Below are positions 8,456 to 16,630 of a DNA stretch of 64,000 bases, piece by piece. The notes beneath the pieces are model-generated. The model worked only from the letters and a program-made list of their open reading frames with translations, was not told the origin of the DNA and made no database searches. Where the stretch lies: positions 1-64,000 of the forward strand of contig CAVYNY010000030.1 of NCBI GenBank assembly GCA_963769935.1, given 5' to 3'. The translations under genes and the position numbers were made by a program. This DNA comes from an uncultured delta proteobacterium (GTDB taxonomy: Bacteria; Desulfobacterota; Desulfobacteria; Desulfobacterales; JAFDCJ01). Positions within the stretch are counted from its first letter, which is position 1. Every line of letters begins with the position of its first letter.

Positions 8456-10197
8456 GAGGAAAACTGCAGCTGGTAAAGTTTATAGTACTCCCCCCGGCAA
8501 GCGAGCAACTCTTCGTGCACCCCCTCCTCCAGAATTCGCCCATCGACGATAACGAGGATGCGGTGCGCATAGCCGATGGTGGATAACCGGTGGGCAATTA
8601 TAAAGGTTGTGCGGCCCTTCATCAAATTTCCCAGCGCCTTTTGAACCAGGGCTTCAGACTCGGAATCAAGCGATGAGGTTGCTTCATCCAGAATCAATAT
8701 CGGAGCATCTTTTAATAGCGCCCGGGCAATGCAGATGCGCTGTTTCTGGCCGCCGGAAAGTCGCCCGCCAAGCTCGCCGATCGACGTATCGAACCCGTTG
8801 GCAAAGCTCGTGATAAAATCATAGGCATAGGCGTCTTTCGCCGCTTGAATGATCTGCTGTTCGGAGGCTTCCGGCGTCCCATAGGCAATATTGTTGCGGA
8901 CGGTATCGTTAAACAGGATGGGTTCCTGCGTTACGATGGCGATCTGTCGGCGCAGGGAAGCGACCGAGGCCTGCCGGATATCAACATCGTCGACCAGAAT
9001 AGAACCTTCCGTGACATCGTAAAAACGGGGGATCAGGTTTACCAGCGAGGTTTTGCCGCCGCCGCTCATACCTACCAGGGCGAGTATTTCACCGGCCTCG
9101 GCCGTCAGGTTGATGTTTTTGAGCACCATGGCTGTGTCGTATTTAAAGGAAACATTGTCAAACTTGATCCCGTGCCGTCCCGGCTGGATTTGCACCGGTG
9201 ACGGGGCTTCAATGATATCGGATTTTTGGTCCAGAATCTCAAAGATACGGTCGATGGCGGCCATACCCCGCTGGATGGCATTGTTCACCTTGCTTAATTT
9301 TTTCAACGGTTCATACAATAATGCAACCGATGTTAAAAATGACATAAATGTGCCGAACGAGTAAGTACCGGCGATAACTTGAATACCGCCGTACCAGATG
9401 ATAAACGCGATTCCCAAACCGCCCAGAAATTCCATCATCGGTGAGGACATGGCTCTGACCTTGGCTTCCTTCATTTCGAGCCTGAAAATTTTGCGGGATT
9501 TATCCGCAAAACGCCTTTTTTCGTAATTTTCCATGCCGAAGGCTTTGACGATTTTGGTACCCATAAGGGTTTCATGCAAAAAAGCATTCAGATCAGCCAT
9601 GGCCTCCTGGGCCCCTAAACGTACCCGCCGGATCCTGCGTCCGAAATGAAAGATGGGGAATGCGGCCAGCGGCAAAACGATGAAGGCATAGACGGCCAGT
9701 TTCGGAATCAGGTAGAAAGTGACCGACAGCAGCCCGATGATGGCAAAACAATCCCTGAGGGATCCGGTAATTGCGGAGGTGAACATGGACGAGATTATGG
9801 CAACATCGTTGGTGATGCGCGACATCAGATCTCCGGTCTTTTCCCTCAGAAAAAAGGCCAGCGGAAGATCCTGCATATAATTGTAAAGTCGATTTCTCAG
9901 GCGCAGGATGACGCTCTGACCGACATGATTTAAAAGATAATATGAACCGTAAGCGGCAATGCCTTTTACGATAAAAACCGCAATCACCACGAGCGGGATC
10001 AGCACCAGCATCTGGGCATTCTTTTGTTCAAATATTTTTTCCACAACCGGCTTTACCAGCCACGCCGACAGTGCGGTCATGCCGGCCTCGACGGCGGAAC
10101 AGACGGCGGACAGGGCCAGTTTAAACCAGCTGTCGTCAAGAAATGCCAGCAGTTCGCTATTCCGCCCAGTCAGTTTAGGTAGTTTTAAAAAAGCCAT
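8452..10197 (-). CDS. msbA: Lipid A flippase, ABC transporter TMD+NBD
   Basis: 581 aa; Walker A GMSGGGKT, LSGGQ, ILDEATSSLD; lipid A operon context. Confidence 0.92.
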   Translation of the reverse strand: MAFLKLPKLTGRNSELLAFLDDSWFKLALSAVCSAVEAGMTALSAWLVKPVVEKIFEQKNAQMLVLIPLVVIAVFIVKGIAAYGSYYLLNHVGQSVILRLRNRLYNYMQDLPLAFFLREKTGDLMSRITNDVAIISSMFTSAITGSLRDCFAIIGLLSVTFYLIPKLAVYAFIVLPLAAFPIFHFGRRIRRVRLGAQEAMADLNAFLHETLMGTKIVKAFGMENYEKRRFADKSRKIFRLEMKEAKVRAMSSPMMEFLGGLGIAFIIWYGGIQVIAGTYSFGTFMSFLTSVALLYEPLKKLSKVNNAIQRGMAAIDRIFEILDQKSDIIEAPSPVQIQPGRHGIKFDNVSFKYDTAMVLKNINLTAEAGEILALVGMSGGGKTSLVNLIPRFYDVTEGSILVDDVDIRQASVASLRRQIAIVTQEPILFNDTVRNNIAYGTPEASEQQIIQAAKDAYAYDFITSFANGFDTSIGELGGRLSGGQKQRICIARALLKDAPILILDEATSSLDSESEALVQKALGNLMKGRTTFIIAHRLSTIGYAHRILVIVDGRILEEGVHEELLACRGEYYKLYQLQFSS

Positions 10198-10244
10198 GGC
10201 GATAGATTGATAAAGTCAGTTGAATTGCCCAAATTGCCTAATTA

Positions 10245-10523
10245 ATGTTTGCCACATGATAGCCAATGGAATAATGGAGTGGTGGAAAATGGAATATTGG
10301 TTATGAAAGGCGGATAATGGTCTGATTTTATTTTCTGACCCGTGCCACCCATATAAAACAGATCTCATTCCGCCAAACGCGGGCCTTCAGTATTCCAACA
10401 TTCCAGTGTTCCATCATTCCACAGCATATGTTTACGTCGCAGCCAATCTTCTCTGACCTGGCCCATAAGACCAGGATTTCAATGCTAGAATAAAAATGAA
10501 AACAGGTATGTTATAGCAAACAT
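10245..10523. mobile_element. Putative MITE (about 280 bp) containing inverted octamer arrays
   Basis: Ends ATGTTTGC ... GCAAACAT; inside tggaataa/tggagtgg/tggaatat facing attccaac/attccagt/gttccatc/attccac. Confidence 0.6.
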
Positions 10524-10574
10524 CAAACTTCAAACATGATGAATTCGATTTTTTCCGAATTCATTAATACTCAA

Positions 10575-11720
10575 TCACCTATGGATCATCCCCAGCGCCA
10601 GTTTCGCTACCCGATCCGAAGCTCCGGGCTGGCCGAGCACGTCCCGCAAGGCAATTAATTCCTGCCGGAGCTGATCTAATTTATCCATATTGTGCAGCAT
10701 GTCTGCCACCGCACGGGCGATGTTGGCGCCGGTGGCCTGATGCTGCAGAAGTTCAGGTACCAGGCGCCGGCCGGCGACAAGGTTTACCAGTCCGACGTGC
10801 GGTACCCGCACCAAAGCCCTTGCCAGCCAGCTGCTCAGCAAGGAAACTTTATAAATGACTACCATGGGCATGGCGTGCAGGGCTGCCTGGAGGGTAACGG
10901 TGCCGGAAGCCGCAATGATTGCATCACAGCGCTCAAACACCCTCTCCACTCCATCTGAAATTACTTCAACATCGACGGACTCCGGAAATTTTCCAATGAT
11001 GGAATCCATCAGCACCCGTTTGACGGTCAGTGCCTGCGAGATGACAAATGTAACACGTTTTAGCCGCTGTCGCAAAATATCGGCCGCCTCCAGCATGGTG
11101 GGAAGCAGTCTGATGATCTCACTTTCGCGGGATCCAGGCAACAGGCCGATGACGGGACTCTCCGGATTGCCGGCCTTTAAGGCTTGCTCAACGGCCGGCA
11201 AACGGGTGTCCAACAGGGGATGCCCGACAAAGGTCACCGGGATATTGTGCTCCCGGTAAAACTGAACCTCGAAGGGAAGGATAACGGCCATATGATCGAC
11301 GCGTTTTTTTATTTGCTTGACCCGACCTTGCCGCCAGGCCCATATCTGCGGACTGATATAGTACAGCACGGGAATGCCCAGCTTCCTGGCGACAGCGGCT
11401 ATATGAAGATTAAAATCGGGAAAATCAATCAGTATGAGCAGATTGGGCTTTTGGTTTTTTAAAAGCCTTTTGATACTCCCCATGGCTTTTAAGATGGCGG
11501 GAATTTTTGAAAAAACTTCGGTAATACCCACGACTGTCAGTTCGGCGGCATCGATCACAATGCGCACCCCGGCCTGCCTGAGAGCGTGTCCGCCAATGCC
11601 GCAGAATGATATGTCCGGCTGTTTTTTTTGCATGGCGCTGACCAGATGAGCGCCGTGCTGGTCGCCCGAGGCTTCACCGGCGATGATGGCCACGCAGGGA
11701 GGATTGGATTTCGGGTTCAT
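10575..11720 (-). CDS. lpxB: Lipid-A-disaccharide synthase (start uncertain, 11720 or 11735)
   Basis: IIAGEASGD, IDFPDFN, YYISPQIWAWR, FVGHPL, LLPGSR, ASGTVTL. Confidence 0.95.
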   Translation of the reverse strand: MNPKSNPPCVAIIAGEASGDQHGAHLVSAMQKKQPDISFCGIGGHALRQAGVRIVIDAAELTVVGITEVFSKIPAILKAMGSIKRLLKNQKPNLLILIDFPDFNLHIAAVARKLGIPVLYYISPQIWAWRQGRVKQIKKRVDHMAVILPFEVQFYREHNIPVTFVGHPLLDTRLPAVEQALKAGNPESPVIGLLPGSRESEIIRLLPTMLEAADILRQRLKRVTFVISQALTVKRVLMDSIIGKFPESVDVEVISDGVERVFERCDAIIAASGTVTLQAALHAMPMVVIYKVSLLSSWLARALVRVPHVGLVNLVAGRRLVPELLQHQATGANIARAVADMLHNMDKLDQLRQELIALRDVLGQPGASDRVAKLALGMIHR

Positions 11721-11726
11721 ATTTTT

Positions 11727-12375
11727 AGGTTTCACATGTCGGGTTTCAGCTGTCAGCTCGGCCGCCGGCCAAAATAACGGCCGGTCTGATCAAAAAAGAA
11801 ACAGAATAGTTCACCGCAGAGCCCGCAGCCTCCGGCCCATAGGGCCTACGCCCCGGTGGGAGAACGCCGAGGAAGAAAATGTTAATTAATCTCCGCGCTC
11901 TCTGCGCTCTCAGCGGTGAGACACTTCATAAAAATCGCATCGAATTTAATGAAGTCTCATATGAGGTGTCAGCCCAACCGCCGCCTGCCGGAGGCAACCA
12001 GTTTGATCGAAAAAGGAAACTAATGAACGTCCAACATCGAATATTGTATTCTATCTAATTAAAAAAACCAGAGCAATACGCGCTGTGCGCTGCACGCGTG
12101 AATCTTCCATTCGAAATAGGGCGGGTCACTTGTTTTAAATTAGATAAGGCGCCATCAATATTGGAAATTCGAAGTTGGACGTTCGACCTGCCCGCAATGC
12201 CTTGAAACAAGTCCTGAATAAATATGGTCATTTAATTGATAATTTCATGATTAAGATAACCAATAGTATGTGCATGGCAGGCGGGTGTTCGACGTTCAAT
12301 CGGTTCGCTGTTCCGTCAAAGGGAAGTTTCATACAAGGTATTGGGAATCAGCACCACCGCTGACACCTAAAACCT
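11727..12375. repeat. Multi-layer nest of at least five small repeat/MITE families
   Basis: Two GGCC..GATC-AAAAAGAAAC...AAGTTTCATATGAG-type units; TCACCGC...GCGGTGA; AACGTCCAACATCG...GTTGGACGTTCG; CCTGCCCGC...GCAGGCGGG; GTGTCAG...CTGACAC. Confidence 0.75.
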
Positions 12376-12451
12376 ATCGCAAAAATCCAACACCCGGCAA
12401 CTTCGCCAACAAATTGTCGACCCGGCACCGCTAAGCGAACATGTGAACGCC

Positions 12452-13408
12452 CTAATGCAGATACCGCGCGATGGCCGCGTCAATCTCATCCATTATTTTC
12501 AGGGCCACTTCCAACGCCTGGCGTCCGGTTCGGCCGGAAACCATCGGCGCCTTGCGGGTTTGAACAGCCTGGATAAAAGATGCCAGTTCATCTTCCAGCA
12601 CATCGGCATCGCCGAAAGACAACTGCTGGATATCCGTGCCGGGTACCACGCCGTTGGAAGAATTTGCATTGCGCCGGATGATAACGATTTTGCGATCGGC
12701 AAAATCCACTGATATATACGCATCTTTCTGGAACAATCTGATTTTTCTTTGATTCTTGGTTGAAATCCTGCTGGCTGTAACATTGGCCACACACCCATTT
12801 TCAAACTGCAGCCGAACATTGGCGATATCGGCCTGTTTGCAAATAACCGGCACACCCGCTGCATGGATGCTCTTAATTTCTGATTTGACCAGGTTCATTA
12901 TGATATCAATATCATGGATCATTAAGTCCAGCACCACACTGACATCGGTGCAGCGGTCTTTGAAGGTGCTCAACCGATTGGATTCAATAAACATCGGGTT
13001 GTCGACGATATCTTTCAGCGCCATCACGGCCGGATTAAACCGCTCCAGATGACCGATCTGTAAAATGCGCCTCCTTGATTCCGCAAGATCTATCAATTCA
13101 TCCGCCTGCTCAAGCGTGCTCGTCATGGGCTTTTCAATCAGCACGTCCACATCGTGCTGCAAAAAGTCAAGCCCGATCGCATAATGCGACTCGGTCGGCA
13201 CCACAATGCTCACGGCATCAACGCTGCTCAAAAGGTCACGATGATCGGCAAACGCCCGGGTACCGAACCCGGCGGCGGCCTCTGCGGCCCGGGACATATC
13301 GATATCAGCAACGCCGACCAGTTCAACGCTGTCCATAGCGGAATACTTCTGCGCGTGAAATTTACCGAGATAGCCGACGCCGATCACTGCCACACGTATC
13401 TCATTCAT
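12452..13408 (-). CDS. gnnA: Gfo/Idh/MocA oxidoreductase, GnnA-like UDP-GlcNAc 3-dehydrogenase
   Basis: VIGVGYLGKFHAQKY, EKP, GHLERFNP, VVLDLMIHDID; lies between lpxA and lpxB. Confidence 0.7.
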   Translation of the reverse strand: MNEIRVAVIGVGYLGKFHAQKYSAMDSVELVGVADIDMSRAAEAAAGFGTRAFADHRDLLSSVDAVSIVVPTESHYAIGLDFLQHDVDVLIEKPMTSTLEQADELIDLAESRRRILQIGHLERFNPAVMALKDIVDNPMFIESNRLSTFKDRCTDVSVVLDLMIHDIDIIMNLVKSEIKSIHAAGVPVICKQADIANVRLQFENGCVANVTASRISTKNQRKIRLFQKDAYISVDFADRKIVIIRRNANSSNGVVPGTDIQQLSFGDADVLEDELASFIQAVQTRKAPMVSGRTGRQALEVALKIMDEIDAAIARYLH

Positions 13409-13473
13409 AAAATATGGGCTCCAATTATTCCCTCTGTGCAAAGATAAAGGGAAAACTGCCGGTCTCCCAGCAA

Positions 13474-13654
13474 AGGTGTCAGGTGTCAGTGTTCAGGTGT
13501 CAGCGCCGATGCCGGCCAAAACAAATGCCGGTCTGATCATAAAAGAAACTTTGGTTTGGCGCTGGCGTAAGGTCGGCCTCCGTGCCGACCCATTTCGGCG
13601 GGCACGGAGGCCCGCCCTACGGAATCGATCGCTATAAATGAATTTTCATATGAG
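13474..13654. repeat. AGGTGTC tandem plus GGCC/GATC-family element carrying a REP-like hairpin
   Basis: aggtgtc-aggtgtc-agtgttc-aggtgtc; cagcgccgatgccggccaaaacaaatgccggtctgatcataaaagaaact; gtaaggtcggcctccgtgcc...ggcacggaggcccgccctac (13567-13620); aattttcatatgag. Confidence 0.75.
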
Positions 13655-13695
13655 GAATAATTAGGGGACACCACTTTAGCCCATTACCTTGACTA

Positions 13696-14466
13696 TTACC
13701 GGGTGATACCCCGTTGAGAGGATTTGATGAAATTGATGAAATTAATTACTTCCGGCAGATGATCGACTTCCGCCTGGGCTCTTTCTATGGCTTCATTGAG
13801 TGTAATCCCGATTCGGAAAAAAATCCGGTAGACCTTCTTTAAGGCCTTAACAGTGGTTTCGGGAAACCCATAACGCTTGAGTCCCACCTGATTGAGGCCG
13901 TGCAGTTTGGCCCGTTCGCCGGCGGCGATGACGTAAGGGGGAATGTCTTTGGGCACTCCGGTTTTCCCGCCGATATAAGCGTATTCCCCGATTCTCACAA
14001 ACTGGTGAATCGCTACCAGTCCCCCCACCGTAACATAATCCCCGATCGTGATGTGTCCGGCCAGGGTCGCATTGTTGGCCAGAATCACTTTACGGCCCGT
14101 CCGGCAGTCATGAGCCACATGGCAGTAAGCCATCAGCAGGTTCTCTTCTCCGATTTCAGTAACTCCCGTGCCGAATTCGGTCCCGCGATTGATGGTTGTA
14201 AACTCACGCACCACCGTACCGCGCCCGATTTTGACAAAGGTCTTTTCACCTTTGAATTTGACTGCCTGGGGTGGGGCTCCCACCGACGCATATTGAAAGA
14301 TCTGACAGTCCGGACCAATGGACACATAGCGATCAACGATAACGTGGGGGCCGATGAGGGTTCCGGAGCCGATCGAAACGTTATCACGGATAATGGAATA
14401 GGGACCGATTTCAACATCAGCGTCAACTTCAGCTTTCGGATCGACAATCGCGGTCGGATGTATCAT
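13696..14466 (-). CDS. lpxA: Acyl-ACP--UDP-N-acetylglucosamine acyltransferase
   Basis: MIHPTAIV, hexapeptide repeats, HVAHDC, LAGH, IHQF. Confidence 0.96.
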   Translation of the reverse strand: MIHPTAIVDPKAEVDADVEIGPYSIIRDNVSIGSGTLIGPHVIVDRYVSIGPDCQIFQYASVGAPPQAVKFKGEKTFVKIGRGTVVREFTTINRGTEFGTGVTEIGEENLLMAYCHVAHDCRTGRKVILANNATLAGHITIGDYVTVGGLVAIHQFVRIGEYAYIGGKTGVPKDIPPYVIAAGERAKLHGLNQVGLKRYGFPETTVKALKKVYRIFFRIGITLNEAIERAQAEVDHLPEVINFINFIKSSQRGITR

Positions 14467-14909
14467 TTAATATCTCCAAAGGATGCCAGCAGCTCAGCCT
14501 CGGCGACTAATTGGCCGTCGACCGTGGCTTTACCGGACATTTTGGCCACTTTTGACTTGAATTTCAAGATTTTGGCTTCGAATATGATCTGATCGCCCGG
14601 AACGACCATTTTGCGAAACCGAACCTTGTCCATGCCCATAAAATATATAAGCCGGTTGCGTTTTTCGGGAGGGCCGGTCTCGTAGGCAAGGATTCCGCCG
14701 GCCTGGGCCATGGCTTCGATAATCAGCACGCCGGGCATGATCGGTTTACCCGGAAAATGTCCCTGGAAAAAAGGCTCATTGACGGTAACGTTTTTAAGGG
14801 CCACTATTTTGTCGCCGGGAACCAGGCTGATGACTCGATCCACCAGCAGAAAGGGATACCGGTGCGGCAACAATTCCATTATTTTTTCGATTTCATATTC
14901 TGCATCCAT
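14463..14909 (-). CDS. fabZ: 3-hydroxyacyl-ACP dehydratase
   Basis: [29 protein letters not shown]. Confidence 0.97.
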   Translation of the reverse strand: MDAEYEIEKIMELLPHRYPFLLVDRVISLVPGDKIVALKNVTVNEPFFQGHFPGKPIMPGVLIIEAMAQAGGILAYETGPPEKRNRLIYFMGMDKVRFRKMVVPGDQIIFEAKILKFKSKVAKMSGKATVDGQLVAEAELLASFGDIK

Positions 14910-14912
14910 TTG

Positions 14913-15944
14913 CTAACCCAATTTATCTTCAAGGTGTTTAACTATTTTCTCCAACCCTGACAACCGCTTGTTGATTTCCGGTAGTTTGGGGAACGTTCGC
15001 ACAACCCGCAGCCATAATCGATGCGGCATCTCCGGAATACCGCCGGATACAATCTCACCGGCGGGCACCGGTTTGCCCACACCGGTTTGAGGACCGACCG
15101 TCGCGTGGTCGCCGATGGTCAGGTGTCCGGCAATTCCGGCCTGTCCGGCCAGAATGGCATTTCTGCCGATGGTGACACTGCCCGAGATTCCGACCTGCGC
15201 CACAAGGACCGTATTTTCTCCAATGGTGACATTGTGAGCGACATGGACCAGGTTGTCTGTTTTAACACCCCGGCCGATATGGGTCTTGCCGAAGGTTCCC
15301 CGGTCGATGGCATTATTGGCCCCGATCTCAACATCGTCATCGATTTGAACAATGCCCGTATGCGGAATCTTGTGATAAGTGTTTCCATCCGGCGCGAATC
15401 CAAATCCGTCGCTTCCGACCACGGTACCGGAATGAATGATCACCCGGCTGCCGATTATGGTACCCTCCCGGACGGTCACATTGGGATAGATGACGACGTC
15501 ACTGCCAATGATGACGTCATCGCCAATGACCACCCCCGCATGCAGCCAGACCTGACCGCCGAGGGTAACATGATTACCGACCACCGCCATGGGTCCGATT
15601 GAAACACCCGGTCCGGATTTAAAATCCCGGCCGATCTCGGCCCGAGGGTGAATTCCTTCCGGCGGTCGCACCGGCGGGTGAAAAAATTGCAGCACCTTGG
15701 CAAAGGCCACCATGGGATTGTCCACCTGGACAAGATTGTGGCCCGGAGCCTCGATATTCGGCTGGACAATAATCGCCGCGGCGTTGCAGCTGTCAATTTT
15801 TTTAAAGAATTTGGCGTTGCCGGCCACGGTGATATCCCGATCTCCGGCTTGCTCAAAAGGTGCGGCGCCGTTGATCACTGCTTCAGGATTGCCGATAATA
15901 TTGCCCTGCACCAGCGTCGCAATTTGGGATAAAAAAACCTTCAT
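14913..15944 (-). CDS. lpxD: UDP-3-O-acylglucosamine N-acyltransferase
   Basis: Hexapeptide repeats, [21 protein letters not shown]. Confidence 0.96.
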   Translation of the reverse strand: MKVFLSQIATLVQGNIIGNPEAVINGAAPFEQAGDRDITVAGNAKFFKKIDSCNAAAIIVQPNIEAPGHNLVQVDNPMVAFAKVLQFFHPPVRPPEGIHPRAEIGRDFKSGPGVSIGPMAVVGNHVTLGGQVWLHAGVVIGDDVIIGSDVVIYPNVTVREGTIIGSRVIIHSGTVVGSDGFGFAPDGNTYHKIPHTGIVQIDDDVEIGANNAIDRGTFGKTHIGRGVKTDNLVHVAHNVTIGENTVLVAQVGISGSVTIGRNAILAGQAGIAGHLTIGDHATVGPQTGVGKPVPAGEIVSGGIPEMPHRLWLRVVRTFPKLPEINKRLSGLEKIVKHLEDKLG

Positions 15945-15973
15945 GGGGCCACCACGATTTGTTCGCTGACTTG

Positions 15974-16510
15974 TTATTTCTTTTTCTTCTTGGCTGTCAG
16001 GTCATTGAGCTGCTCGATTACTTTATCGGTTATATCAAGCGCACTCGGTGCATAAAGTACGCCTAATTTATTGATAATCATCATATAGCCTTCTTTTTTT
16101 CCCATAGTCTCGACCAGGTTCTTCAGATCGTCCTGCAGCCCGTTCATCAGCTGCGCTTCAAGCGTCTGCAGTTCGGTGCGATATTTTTTTTGCAGGGTTT
16201 TAAAATCGTTGATCTTGATGCGCTGCTCCCGTTCTTTGTCTTCGCGCATATCTTTGCTCATCACCATGGACTCGCGCTCCAGGCGTTTGCCGATAGTTTC
16301 AATTTCAGCGCCCTTTTGCTTCAAATCCGACTCCATTTTTTCCTTCTGAGTTTTCAGTTCATTTTGGATGGATTTACCGGCTTCGGAAGTTTCAAGGATT
16401 TTCTGTAAATCAAGGACCCCTATTTTGGCGACGTCGGCAGCGAAACATAAACTGCTGAAATAAACTAAAGACATCATCGCTAGGGCAAGACCAAACTTAG
16501 GTATTCTCAT
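15974..16510 (-). CDS. skp: OmpH/Skp periplasmic chaperone
   Basis: Signal peptide, KIGVLDLQKIL, coiled coil, DITDKVI; between bamA and lpxD. Confidence 0.9.
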   Translation of the reverse strand: MRIPKFGLALAMMSLVYFSSLCFAADVAKIGVLDLQKILETSEAGKSIQNELKTQKEKMESDLKQKGAEIETIGKRLERESMVMSKDMREDKEREQRIKINDFKTLQKKYRTELQTLEAQLMNGLQDDLKNLVETMGKKEGYMMIINKLGVLYAPSALDITDKVIEQLNDLTAKKKKK

Positions 16511-16630
16511 AATTTCCCCCTTTTCTGGAAGTCTAATAATTGCGGGAAACGCCTTAAATTTGCAATCAGCAACATAATATTCAGCTCCATTGTCTCCGGC
16601 GGCGGCCTGGGCCGTCCGATCCAGCGGGAT

